This document shows, one piece after another, positions 23,571 through 38,500 of a DNA stretch of 64,000 nt (position 1 is the first letter of the stretch; each line of letters starts with the position of its first letter). Made by a program: the position numbers and the translations under genes. Source of the stretch: Octopus vulgaris (lineage: Eukaryota); contig OX597829.1 in assembly GCA_951406725.2 (NCBI GenBank), forward strand, positions 56,482,001 to 56,546,000. Direction: 5' to 3'. The notes below the pieces were generated by a model. That model ran no database searches. It worked only from the letters and a program-made list of their open reading frames with translations, and was not told where the DNA came from.

Positions 23571-26500
23571 CCAGTCATCATTCACAGATAAACACCCTTT
23601 CACACAAGTTGGGGAGTCAAATCTTGTTTCAGTCTTTTGAGACTTAGTTTCTATGGCTGGATGTCTTTCCTATCACCAACTTTTGCAGTGCATGCATTTA
23701 TTGAGGTACCAACAATGGGGATCTTTTATATTCACAAGACAAGACTAAAGGATTTTTTCAAACCAACACTGTCTGCTTGTTTGCCGATCTCTTTGCAGGG
23801 TTTCTGGGTACATTTTATCATGGCACCAACACTAGTGAGGTTGCCTTGTGATCTGTAAGACAAAAGGATTGGCACTGCTCAATGTGGTTTCATTAAAAAA
23901 TATCTCTTTTCCTTAAAGTTATGAGGGAAAACATTGGATCTTGTGAAAGTTCCAAAAGTCCTCTCTCCACCCCATGGTTTGTAGGCATAAATTTTTTGTT
24001 TTCCTATTCATCTAATACGCATTTTTTTTTACACCCATTACACTTGATTTTGTTTTTGTTTTGATACATCTCTTATGAATCTGAAAAATTTCAACTATTC
24101 TTCACAAACATCTGATGTCACTCCTCCCCATCTTTTTCCATTCTATATATTGGCTATGTTCATTTATGTATGTGTAGACTTCTGAAACAGCAGGCAAAAA
24201 AAATATCATGCTTTCACTAGAAAACTCGATATACTTGAACTAACAGCTAAATGCCAGAAAAATAAGTTTTTCCTCATATCACTTTTATTTTACTACTTGA
24301 TCATAAGATCTATGAGAGATAAATGACATATTCATCTGCTAAAATCTTCAAAGTAATTCAATATGTTTGAAATAAGCGAGTTTATTTATTTTATCTAAGC
24401 TCGGGTTTATAAATCCTCTTATCACAAATTACAAAATAAAAAAAAGTTGATTTCAATTGGTGGAGTTATGATTTTGCCCATGTGTACACTTCACCTGACC
24501 TAGCTGACAAAAAACCTATCACATCTCACTAAAAAATTAATACGTTTGAAATAACAGCTAAATGTCTGCTTTTCCTCATATCATTTTCATTTTACGACTC
24601 ATAAGATTTATGGAAAATGAACGGCATAACTGCCTGCTAAAATCTTAAGAGTTATGAAAGATGAACGACGTAATCGCCTTGCCTGCTAAAATCCTAAGAT
24701 TTATCACAAGATGAATGATGTAATTGCCCGCTAAAATCCTAAGATTTATGAAAGATGAATGATGCAATTGCCTGCTTAAATCCTAAGATTTATGAAAGAT
24801 GAATGAGTTGTTCCATACATTGATTTCAAGGCAAGAAATTCTTCCTCAATGTTGAATTTTGCAGTTATTGCACATATAAATATTCTTTTCTACTCTAGGC
24901 ACAAGGCCCAAAATTTTTAGTTAAGGGGGCCAGTCGATTAGATTGACACCAGTATGCAACTGGTAATTAATTTATCGACCCCAAAAGGATGAAAGGCCAA
25001 GTTGACCTCGACGGAATATGAACTCAGACAGACAAAATACCTATTTCTTTACTGCCCACAAGGGGCTACACACAGAGGGGAGTAACAAAGACAGACAAAC
25101 GGATTAAGTCGATTAAATTGACCCCAGTCGATAACTGATACTTATTTAATCGACCCCGAAAGGATGAAAGGCAAAGTCGACCTTGGCAGAATTTGAACTC
25201 AGAACGTAAAAGCAGACAAAATACCTATTTCTATTTCTTTACTATCCACAAAGGGCTAAACATAGAGGGGACAAACAAGGACAGAGAAACGGATTAAGTT
25301 GATTATATCGACCCCAGTGCATAACTGGTACTTATTTAATCAACCCTGAAAGGATGAAAGGCCAAGTTGACCTTGGCGGAATTTGAACTCAGAACGTAAT
25401 GGCAGGCAAAATACCTATTTCGGATCTTTTCGCTTTGAACTTAGAATATGTGTTTATTAATAAAAGTTTAATAACGATAATCTTTTATTCATACGAACTT
25501 CACTGATACGAAATATGTCATAAATAACAGTGACACATTGATATGACACCGCCAGAAAATGTTGACAGACTACGGCAGAAATTGTATTCACCTCAATAGA
25601 CGTCGTTGATTGGTTGAAATTGCCGAAATGCAAGAAATTAAACAACAAATAGCTTACAAACTACAGAATTTTCTCAAGAAATCCAAGAGAAAAAGATGTT
25701 TTATGTAACACACTAGCAGTATACGAAGTTTAAAAGTGTTTAGTTAAAAAGAAATTATTTTAAAAATCTGCCGGTCAAAGTGAAAAGATCCCCTATTTCT
25801 TTACTACCCACAAGGGGCTAAACACAGAAGGGACAAACAAGGACAGACAGACAAACGGATTAAGCCGATTATATCGACCCCAGTCGATAACTGGTACTTA
25901 TTTAATCGATCCCGAAAGGATGAAAGGCAAAGTCGACCTCGGCGGAATTTGAACTCAGAACGTAGCGGCAGACGAAATACCGCTGGACATTTCGCTCGTC
26001 GTGCTAACGATTCTGCCAAGCTCGCCGCCTTATTGCCTGTATAAATATTGTCATTTGAGCAATATTTGCTGACCAAGTATATCTCAGAAGAAAAGAACCC
26101 AAACTTCTTCGCCCAATTAAGGTGAGAATATTTAACATTTAACTGTTGTTTCCATTATCAACATAATTCATTTATATTGTTAATTTTTCAGATTCCCCCT
26201 TATCTGAAAATACTACACCATTATTTAAAAGAACTGCCTATTTTATAATAAGTTTCAATCATAAAATTATGAAATAATCAATTTTAAACATGTCTAAGTT
26301 TAGTCATTCAGATGTCAATGAATACTTAATGAAAAGAAATGCACACAAAATGCATGCAATAAATGCAATTCTTTTGCTCCCACACAGCCTGTACCCATTT
26401 TATTTTGCATTCTGTGAATAATTGTGTCGTTGGTTGCAGGATGTTTACAATGAGCCTATTACTGGCTCATTAAAGGGCACTACCTTTATAGAGTTTCTGT

Positions 26501-29500
26501 AATGTTTGATCTATAAAACAACTTTCAGCATACAGAACATGCATCAATCACAAAAGTTTGGTTCAATAAACATTCCCATTCATTTACATTGTTTTATGTC
26601 TGCTCTCATGGGTTAGACTGCTCATTATAGTCTTACTTTATGCCTGCTCTCATGGGTTAGACTGCTCATTATAGTCTTACTTTATGCCTGCTCTCATGGG
26701 TTAGACTGCTCATTATAGTCTTACTTTATGCCTGCTCTCATGGGTTAGACTGCTCATTATAGTCTTACTTTATGCCTGCTCTCATGGGTTAGACTGCTCA
26801 TTATAGTCTTACTTTATGTCTGCTCTCATGGGTTAGACTGCTCATTATAGTCTTACTTTATGCCTGCTCTCATGGGTTAGACTGCTCATTATAGTCTTAC
26901 TTTATGCCTGCTCTCATGGGTTAAACTGCTCATTATAGTCTTACTTTATGCCTGCTCTCATGGGTTAGACTGCTCATTATAGTCTTACTTTATGCCTGCT
27001 CTCATGGGTTAGACTGCTCATTATAGTCTTACTTTATGCCTGCTCTCATGGGTTAGACTGCTCATTATAGTCTTACTTTATGCCTGCTCTCATGGGTTAG
27101 ACTGCTCATTATAGTCTTACTTTATGCCTGCTCTCATGGGTTAGACTGCTCATTATAGTCTTACTTTATGCCTGCTCTCATGGGTTAGACTGCTCATTAT
27201 AGTCTTACTTTATGCCTGCTCTCATGGGTTAGACTGCTCATTATAGTCTTACTTTATGCCTGCTCTCATGGGTTAGACTGCTCATTATAGTCTTACTTTA
27301 TGCCTGCTCTCATGGGTTAGACTGCTCATTATAGTCTTATCCAGTCATCATTCACAGATAAACACCCTTTCACACAAGTTGGGGAGTCAAATCTTGTTTC
27401 AGTCTTTTGAGACTTAGTTTCTATGGCTGGATGTCTTTCCTATCACCAACTTTTGCAGTGCATGCATTTATTGAGGTACCAACAATGGGGATCTTTTATA
27501 TTCACAAGACAAGACTAAAGGATTTTTTCAAACCAACACTGTCTGCTTGTTTGCCGATCTCTTTGCAGGGTTTCTGGGTACATTTTATCATGGCACCAAC
27601 ACTAGTGAGGTTGCCTTGTGATCTGTAAGACAAAAGGATTGGCACTGCTCAATGTGGTTTCATTAAAAAATATCTCTTTTCCTTAAAGTTATGAGGGAAA
27701 ACATTGGATCTTGTGAAAGTTCCAAAGTCCTCTCTCCACCCCATGGTTTGTAGGCATAAATTTTTTGTTTTCCTATTCATCTAATACGCATTTTTTTTTA
27801 CACCCATTACACTTGATTTTGTTTTTGTTTTGATACATCTCTTATGAATCTGAAAAATTTCAACTATTCTTCACAAACATCTGATGTCACTCCTCCCCAT
27901 CTTTTTCCATTCTATATATTGGCTATGTTCATTTATGTATGTGTAGACTTCTGAAACAGCAGGCAAAAAAAATATCATGCTTTCACTAGAAAACTCGATA
28001 TACTTGAACTAACAGCTAAATGCCAGAAAAATAAGTTTTTCCTCATATCACTTTTATTTTACTACTTGATCATAAGATCTATGAGAGATAAATGACATAT
28101 TCATCTGCTAAAATCTTCAAAGTAATTCGATATGTTTGAAATAAGCGAGTTTATTTATTTTATCTAAGCTCGGGTTTATAAATCCTCTTATCACAAATTA
28201 CAAAATAAAAAAAAGTTGATTTCAATTGGTGGAGTTATGATTTTGCCCATGTGTACACTTCACCTGACCTAGCTGACAAAAAACCTATCACATCTCACTA
28301 AAAAATTAATACGTTTGAAATAACAGCTAAATGTCTGCTTTTCCTCATATCATTTTCATTTTACGACTCATAAGATTTATGAAAAATGAACGGCATAACT
28401 GCCTGCTAAAATCTTAAGAGTTATGAAAGATGAACGACGTAATCGCCTTGCCTGCTAAAATCCTAAGATTTATCACAAGATGAATGATGTAATTGCCCGC
28501 TAAAATCCTAAGATTTATGAAAGATGAATGATGCAATTGCCTGCTTAAATCCTAAGATTTATGAAAGATGAATGAGTTGTTCCATACATTGATTTCAAGG
28601 CAAGAAATTCTTCCTCAATGTTGAATTTTGCAGTTATTGCACATATAAATATTCTTTTCTACTCTAGGCACAAGGCCCAAAATTTTTAGTAAGGGGGCCA
28701 GTCGATTAGATTGACACCAGTATGCAACTGGTAATTAATTTATCGACCCCAAAAGGATGAAAGGCCAAGTTGACCTCGACGGAATATGAACTCAGACAGA
28801 CAAAATACCTATTTCTTTACTGCCCACAAGGGGCTACACACAGAGGGGAGTAACAAAGACAGACAAACGGATTAAGTCGATTAAATTGACCCCAGTCGAT
28901 AACTGATACTTATTTAATCGACCCCGAAAGGATGAAAGGCAAAGTCGACCTTGGCAGAATTTGAACTCAGAACGTAAAAGCAGACAAAATACCTATTTCT
29001 ATTTCTTTACTATCCACAAAGGGCTAAACATAGAGGGGACAAACAAGGACAGAGAAACGGATTAAGTTGATTATATCGACCCCAGTGCATAACTGGTACT
29101 TATTTAATCAACCCTGAAAGGATGAAAGGCCAAGTTGACCTTGGCGGAATTTGAACTCAGAACGTAATGGCAGGCAAAATACCTATTTCGGATCTTTTCG
29201 CTTTGAACTTAGAATATGTGTTTATTAATAAAAGTTTAATAACGATAATCTTTTATTCATACGAACTTCACTGATACGAAATATGTCATAAATAACAGTG
29301 ACACATTGATATGACACCGCCAGAAAATGTTGACAGACTACGGCAGAAATTGTATTCACCTCAATAGACGTCGTTGATTGGTTGAAATTGCCGAAATGCA
29401 AGAAATTAAACAACAAATAGCTTACAAACTACAGAATTTTCTCAAGAAATCCAAGAGAAAAAGATGTTTTATGTAACACACTAGCAGTATACGAAGTTTA

Positions 29501-32500
29501 AAAGTGTTTAGTTAAAAAGAAATTATTTTAAAAATCTGCCGGTCAAAGTGAAAAGATCCCCTATTTCTTTACTACCCACAAGGGGCTAAACACAGAAGGG
29601 ACAAACAAGGACAGACAGACAAACGGATTAAGCCGATTATATCGACCCCAGTCGATAACTGGTACTTATTTAATCGATCCCGAAAGGATGAAAGGCAAAG
29701 TCGACCTCGGCGGAATTTGAACTCAGAACGTAGCGGCAGACGAAATACCGCTGGACATTTCGCTCGTCGTGCTAACGATTCTGCCAAGCTCGCCGCCTTA
29801 TTGCCTGTATAAATATTGTCATTTGAGCAATATTTGCTGACCAAGTATATCTCAGAAGAAAAGAACCCAAACTTCTTCGCCCAATTAAGGTGAGAATATT
29901 TAACATTTAACTGTTGTTTCCATTATCAACATAATTCATTTATATTGTTAATTTTTCAGATTCCCCTTATCTGAAAATACTACACCATTATTTAAAAGAA
30001 CTGCCTATTTTATAATAAGTTTCAATCATAAAATTATGAAATAATCAATTTTAAACATGTCTAAGTTTAGTCATTCAGATGTCAATGAATACTTAATGAA
30101 AAGAAATGCACACAAAATGCATGCAATAAATGCAATTCTTTTGCTCCCACACAGCCTGTACCCATTTTATTTTGCATTCTGTGAATAATTGTGTCGTTGG
30201 TTGCAGGATGTTTACAATGAGCCTATTACTGGCTCATTAAAGGGCACTACCTTTATAGAGTTTCTGTAATGTTTGATCTATAAAACAACTTTCAGCATAC
30301 AGAACATGCATCAATCACAAAAGTTTGGTTCAATAAACATTCCCATTCATTTACATTGTTTTATGTCTGCTCTCATGGGTTAGACTGCTCATTATAGTCT
30401 TACTTTATGCCTGCTCTCATGGGTTAGACTGCTCATTATAGTCTTACTTTATGCCTGCTCTCATGGGTTAGACTGCTCATTATAGTCTTACTTTATGCCT
30501 GCTCTCATGGGTTAGACTGCTCATTATAGTCTTACTTTATGCCTGCTCTCATGGGTTAGACTGCTCATTATAGTCTTACTTTATGTCTGCTCTCATGGGT
30601 TAGACTGCTCATTATAGTCTTACTTTATGCCTGCTCTCATGGGTTAGACTGCTCATTATAGTCTTACTTTATGCCTGCTCTCATGGGTTAAACTGCTCAT
30701 TATAGTCTTACTTTATGCCTGCTCTCATGGGTTAGACTGCTCATTATAGTCTTACTTTATGCCTGCTCTCATGGGTTAGACTGCTCATTATAGTCTTACT
30801 TTATGCCTGCTCTCATGGGTTAGACTGCTCATTATAGTCTTACTTTATGCCTGCTCTCATGGGTTAGACTGCTCATTATAGTCTTACTTTATGCCTGCTC
30901 TCATGGGTTAGACTGCTCATTATAGTCTTACTTTATGCCTGCTCTCATGGGTTAGACTGCTCATTATAGTCTTACTTTATGCCTGCTCTCATGGGTTAGA
31001 CTGCTCATTATAGTCTTACTTTATGCCTGCTCTCATGGGTTAGACTGCTCATTATAGTCTTATCCAGTCATCATTCACAGATAAACACCCTTTCACACAA
31101 GTTGGGGAGTCAAATCTTGTTTCAGTCTTTTGAGACTTAGTTTCTATGGCTGGATGTCTTTCCTATCACCAACTTTTGCAGTGCATGCATTTATTGAGGT
31201 ACCAACAATGGGGATCTTTTATATTCACAAGACAAGACTAAAGGATTTTTTCAAACCAACACTGTCTGCTTGTTTGCCGATCTCTTTGCAGGGTTTCTGG
31301 GTACATTTTATCATGGCACCAACACTAGTGAGGTTGCCTTGTGATCTGTAAGACAAAAGGATTGGCACTGCTCAATGTGGTTTCATTAAAAAATATCTCT
31401 TTTCCTTAAAGTTATGAGGGAAAACATTGGATCTTGTGAAAGTTCCAAAAGTCCTCTCTCCACCCCATGGTTTGTAGGCATAAATTTTTTGTTTTCCTAT
31501 TCATCTAATACGCATTTTTTTTTACACCCATTACACTTGATTTTGTTTTTGTTTTGATACATCTCTTATGAATCTGAAAAATTTCAACTATTCTTCACAA
31601 ACATCTGATGTCACTCCTCCCCATCTTTTTCCATTCTATATATTGGCTATGTTCATTTATGTATGTGTAGACTTCTGAAACAGCAGGCAAAAAAAATATC
31701 ATGCTTTCACTAGAAAACTCGATATACTTGAACTAACAGCTAAATGCCAGAAAAATAAGTTTTTCCTCATATCACTTTTATTTTACTACTTGATCATAAG
31801 ATCTATGAGAGATAAATGACATATTCATCTGCTAAAATCTTCAAAGTAATTCGATATGTTTGAAATAAGCGAGTTTATTTATTTTATCTAAGCTCGGGTT
31901 TATAAATCCTCTTATCACAAATTACAAAATAAAAAAAAGTTGATTTCAATTGGTGGAGTTATGATTTTGCCCATGTGTACACTTCACCTGACCTAGCTGA
32001 CAAAAAACCTATCACATCTCACTAAAAAATTAATACGTTTGAAATAACAGCTAAATGTCTGCTTTTCCTCATATCATTTTCATTTTACGACTCATAAGAT
32101 TTATGAAAAATGAACGGCATAACTGCCTGCTAAAATCTTAAGAGTTATGAAAGATGAACGACGTAATCGCCTTGCCTGCTAAAATCCTAAGATTTATCAC
32201 AAGATGAATGATGTAATTGCCCGCTAAAATCCTAAGATTTATGAAAGATGAATGATGCAATTGCCTGCTTAAATCCTAAGATTTATGAAAGATGAATGAG
32301 TTGTTCCATACATTGATTTCAAGGCAAGAAATTCTTCCTCAATGTTGAATTTTGCAGTTATTGCACATATAAATATTCTTTTCTACTCTAGGCACAAGGC
32401 CCAAAATTTTTAGTAAGGGGGCCAGTCGATTAGATTGACACCAGTATGCAACTGGTAATTAATTTATCGACCCCAAAAGGATGAAAGGCCAAGTTGACCT

Positions 32501-35500
32501 CGACGGAATATGAACTCAGACAGACAAAATACCTATTTCTTTACTGCCCACAAGGGGCTACACACAGAGGGGAGTAACAAAGACAGACAAACGGATTAAG
32601 TCGATTAAATTGACCCCAGTCGATAACTGATACTTATTTAATCGACCCCGAAAGGATGAAAGGCAAAGTCGACCTTGGCAGAATTTGAACTCAGAACGTA
32701 AAAGCAGACAAAATACCTATTTCTATTTCTTTACTATCCACAAAGGGCTAAACATAGAGGGGACAAACAAGGACAGAGAAACGGATTAAGTTGATTATAT
32801 CGACCCCAGTGCATAACTGGTACTTATTTAATCAACCCTGAAAGGATGAAAGGCCAAGTTGACCTTGGCGGAATTTGAACTCAGAACGTAATGGCAGGCA
32901 AAATACCTATTTCGGATCTTTTCGCTTTGAACTTAGAATATGTGTTTATTAATAAAAGTTTAATAACGATAATCTTTTATTCATACGAACTTCACTGATA
33001 CGAAATATGTCATAAATAACAGTGACACATTGATATGACACCGCCAGAAAATGTTGACAGACTACGGCAGAAATTGTATTCACCTCAATAGACGTCGTTG
33101 ATTGGTTGAAATTGCCGAAATGCAAGAAATTAAACAACAAATAGCTTACAAACTACAGAATTTTCTCAAGAAATCCAAGAGAAAAAGATGTTTTATGTAA
33201 CACACTAGCAGTATACGAAGTTTAAAAGTGTTTAGTTAAAAAGAAATTATTTTAAAAATCTGCCGGTCAAAGTGAAAAGATCCCCTATTTCTTTACTACC
33301 CACAAGGGGCTAAACACAGAAGGGACAAACAAGGACAGACAGACAAACGGATTAAGCCGATTATATCGACCCCAGTCGATAACTGGTACTTATTTAATCG
33401 ATCCCGAAAGGATGAAAGGCAAAGTCGACCTCGGCGGAATTTGAACTCAGAACGTAGCGGCAGACGAAATACCGCTGGACATTTCGCTCGTCGTGCTAAC
33501 GATTCTGCCAAGCTCGCCGCCTTATTGCCTGTATAAATATTGTCATTTGAGCAATATTTGCTGACCAAGTATATCTCAGAAGAAAAGAACCCAAACTTCT
33601 TCGCCCAATTAAGGTGAGAATATTTAACATTTAACTGTTGTTTCCATTATCAACATAATTCATTTATATTGTTAATTTTTCAGATTCCCTTATCTGAAAA
33701 TACTACACCATTATTTAAAAGAACTGCCTATTTTATAATAAGTTTCAATCATAAAATTATGAAATAATCAATTTTAAACATGTCTAAGTTTAGTCATTCA
33801 GATGTCAATGAATACTTAATGAAAAGAAATGCACACAAAATGCATGCAATAAATGCAATTCTTTTGCTCCCACACAGCCTGTACCCATTTTATTTTGCAT
33901 TCTGTGAATAATTGTGTCGTTGGTTGCAGGATGTTTACAATGAGCCTATTACTGGCTCATTAAAGGGCACTACCTTTATAGAGTTTCTGTAATGTTTGAT
34001 CTATAAAACAACTTTCAGCATACAGAACATGCATCAATCACAAAAGTTTGGTTCAATAAACATTCCCATTCATTTACATTGTTTTATGTCTGCTCTCATG
34101 GGTTAGACTGCTCATTATAGTCTTACTTTATGCCTGCTCTCATGGGTTAGACTGCTCATTATAGTCTTACTTTATGCCTGCTCTCATGGGTTAGACTGCT
34201 CATTATAGTCTTACTTTATGCCTGCTCTCATGGGTTAGACTGCTCATTATAGTCTTACTTTATGCCTGCTCTCATGGGTTAGACTGCTCATTATAGTCTT
34301 ACTTTATGTCTGCTCTCATGGGTTAGACTGCTCATTATAGTCTTACTTTATGCCTGCTCTCATGGGTTAGACTGCTCATTATAGTCTTACTTTATGCCTG
34401 CTCTCATGGGTTAAACTGCTCATTATAGTCTTACTTTATGCCTGCTCTCATGGGTTAGACTGCTCATTATAGTCTTACTTTATGCCTGCTCTCATGGGTT
34501 AGACTGCTCATTATAGTCTTACTTTATGCCTGCTCTCATGGGTTAGACTGCTCATTATAGTCTTACTTTATGCCTGCTCTCATGGGTTAGACTGCTCATT
34601 ATAGTCTTACTTTATGCCTGCTCTCATGGGTTAGACTGCTCATTATAGTCTTACTTTATGCCTGCTCTCATGGGTTAGACTGCTCATTATAGTCTTACTT
34701 TATGCCTGCTCTCATGGGTTAGACTGCTCATTATAGTCTTACTTTATGCCTGCTCTCATGGGTTAGACTGCTCATTATAGTCTTACTTTATGCCTGCTCT
34801 CATGGGTTAGACTGCTCATTATAGTCTTATCCAGTCATCATTCACAGATAAACACCCTTTCACACAAGTTGGGGAGTCAAATCTTGTTTCAGTCTTTTGA
34901 GACTTAGTTTCTATGGCTGGATGTCTTTCCTATCACCAACTTTTGCAGTGCATGCATTTATTGAGGTACCAACAATGGGGATCTTTTATATTCACAAGAC
35001 AAGACTAAAGGATTTTTTCAAACCAACACTGTCTGCTTGTTTGCCGATCTCTTTGCAGGGTTTCTGGGTACATTTTATCATGGCACCAACACTAGTGAGG
35101 TTGCCTTGTGATCTGTAAGACAAAAGGATTGGCACTGCTCAATGTGGTTTCATTAAAAAATATCTCTTTTCCTTAAAGTTATGAGGGAAAACATTGGATC
35201 TTGTGAAAGTTCCAAAAGTCCTCTCTCCACCCCATGGTTTGTAGGCATAAATTTTTTGTTTTCCTATTCATCTAATACGCATTTTTTTTTACACCCATTA
35301 CACTTGATTTTGTTTTTGTTTTGATACATCTCTTATGAATCTGAAAAATTTCAACTATTCTTCACAAACATCTGATGTCACTCCTCCCCATCTTTTTCCA
35401 TTCTATATATTGGCTATGTTCATTTATGTATGTGTAGACTTCTGAAACAGCAGGCAAAAAAAATATCATGCTTTCACTAGAAAACTCGATATACTTGAAC

Positions 35501-38500
35501 TAACAGCTAAATGCCAGAAAAATAAGTTTTTCCTCATATCACTTTTATTTTACTACTTGATCATAAGATCTATGAGAGATAAATGACATATTCATCTGCT
35601 AAAATCTTCAAAGTAATTCGATATGTTTGAAATAAGCGAGTTTATTTATTTTATCTAAGCTCGGGTTTATAAATCCTCTTATCACAAATTACAAAATAAA
35701 AAAAAGTTGATTTCAATTGGTGGAGTTATGATTTTGCCCATGTGTACACTTCACCTGACCTAGCTGACAAAAAACCTATCACATCTCACTAAAAAATTAA
35801 TACGTTTGAAATAACAGCTAAATGTCTGCTTTTCCTCATATCATTTTCATTTTACGACTCATAAGATTTATGAAAAATGAACGGCATAACTGCCTGCTAA
35901 AATCTTAAGAGTTATGAAAGATGAACGACGTAATCGCCTTGCCTGCTAAAATCCTAAGATTTATCACAAGATGAATGATGTAATTGCCCGCTAAAATCCT
36001 AAGATTTATGAAAGATGAATGATGCAATTGCCTGCTTAAATCCTAAGATTTATGAAAGATGAATGAGTTGTTCCATACATTGATTTCAAGGCAAGAAATT
36101 CTTCCTCAATGTTGAATTTTGCAGTTATTGCACATATAAATATTCTTTTCTACTCTAGGCACAAGGCCCAAAATTTTTAGTAAGGGGGCCAGTCGATTAG
36201 ATTGACACCAGTATGCAACTGGTAATTAATTTATCGACCCCAAAAGGATGAAAGGCCAAGTTGACCTCGACGGAATATGAACTCAGACAGACAAAATACC
36301 TATTTCTTTACTGCCCACAAGGGGCTACACACAGAGGGGAGTAACAAAGACAGACAAACGGATTAAGTCGATTAAATTGACCCCAGTCGATAACTGATAC
36401 TTATTTAATCGACCCCGAAAGGATGAAAGGCAAAGTCGACCTTGGCAGAATTTGAACTCAGAACGTAAAAGCAGACAAAATACCTATTTCTATTTCTTTA
36501 CTATCCACAAAGGGCTAAACATAGAGGGGACAAACAAGGACAGAAGAAACGGATTAAGTTGATTATATCGACCCCAGTGCATAACTGGTACTTATTTAAT
36601 CAACCCTGAAAGGATGAAAGGCCAAGTTGACCTTGGCGGAATTTGAACTCAGAACGTAATGGCAGGCAAAATACCTATTTCGGATCTTTTCGCTTTGAAC
36701 TTAGAATATGTGTTTATTAATAAAAGTTTAATAACGATAATCTTTTATTCATACGAACTTCACTGATACGAAATATGTCATAAATAACAGTGACACATTG
36801 ATATGACACCGCCAGAAAATGTTGACAGACTACGGCAGAAATTGTATTCACCTCAATAGACGTCGTTGATTGGTTGAAATTGCCGAAATGCAAGAAATTA
36901 AACAACAAATAGCTTACAAACTACAGAATTTTCTCAAGAAATCCAAGAGAAAAAGATGTTTTATGTAACACACTAGCAGTATACGAAGTTTAAAAGTGTT
37001 TAGTTAAAAAGAAATTATTTTAAAAATCTGCCGGTCAAAGTGAAAAGATCCCCTATTTCTTTACTACCCACAAGGGGCTAAACACAGAAGGGACAAACAA
37101 GGACAGACAGACAAACGGATTAAGCCGATTATATCGACCCCAGTCGATAACTGGTACTTATTTAATCGATCCCGAAAGGATGAAAGGCAAAGTCGACCTC
37201 GGCGGAATTTGAACTCAGAACGTAGCGGCAGACAGAAATACCGCTGGACATTTCGCTCGTCGTGCTAACGATTCTGCCAAGCTCGCCGCCTTATTGCCTG
37301 TATAAATATTGTCATTTGAGCAATATTTGCTGACCAAGTATATCTCAGAAGAAAAGAACCCAAACTTCTTCGCCCAATTAAGGTGAGAATATTTAACATT
37401 TAACTGTTGTTTCCATTATCAACATAATTCATTTATATTGTTAATTTTTCAGATTCCCCTTATCTGAAAATACTACACCATTATTTAAAAGAACTGCCTA
37501 TTTTATAATAAGTTTCAATCATAAAATTATGAAATAATCAATTTTAAACATGTCTAAGTTTAGTCATTCAGATGTCAATGAATACTTAATGAAAAGAAAT
37601 GCACACAAAATGCATGCAATAAATGCAATTCTTTTGCTCCCACACAGCCTGTACCCATTTTATTTTGCATTCTGTGAATAATTGTGTCGTTGGTTGCAGG
37701 ATGTTTACAATGAGCCTATTACTGGCTCATTAAAGGGCACTACCTTTATAGAGTTTCTGTAATGTTTGATCTATAAAACAACTTTCAGCATACAGAACAT
37801 GCATCAATCACAAAAGTTTGGTTCAATAAACATTCCCATTCATTTACATTGTTTTATGTCTGCTCTCATGGGTTAGACTGCTCATTATAGTCTTACTTTA
37901 TGCCTGCTCTCATGGGTTAGACTGCTCATTATAGTCTTACTTTATGCCTGCTCTCATGGGTTAGACTGCTCATTATAGTCTTACTTTATGCCTGCTCTCA
38001 TGGGTTAGACTGCTCATTATAGTCTTACTTTATGCCTGCTCTCATGGGTTAGACTGCTCATTATAGTCTTACTTTATGTCTGCTCTCATGGGTTAGACTG
38101 CTCATTATAGTCTTACTTTATGCCTGCTCTCATGGGTTAGACTGCTCATTATAGTCTTACTTTATGCCTGCTCTCATGGGTTAAACTGCTCATTATAGTC
38201 TTACTTTATGCCTGCTCTCATGGGTTAGACTGCTCATTATAGTCTTACTTTATGCCTGCTCTCATGGGTTAGACTGCTCATTATAGTCTTACTTTATGCC
38301 TGCTCTCATGGGTTAGACTGCTCATTATAGTCTTACTTTATGCCTGCTCTCATGGGTTAGACTGCTCATTATAGTCTTACTTTATGCCTGCTCTCATGGG
38401 TTAGACTGCTCATTATAGTCTTACTTTATGCCTGCTCTCATGGGTTAGACTGCTCATTATAGTCTTACTTTATGCCTGCTCTCATGGGTTAGACTGCTCA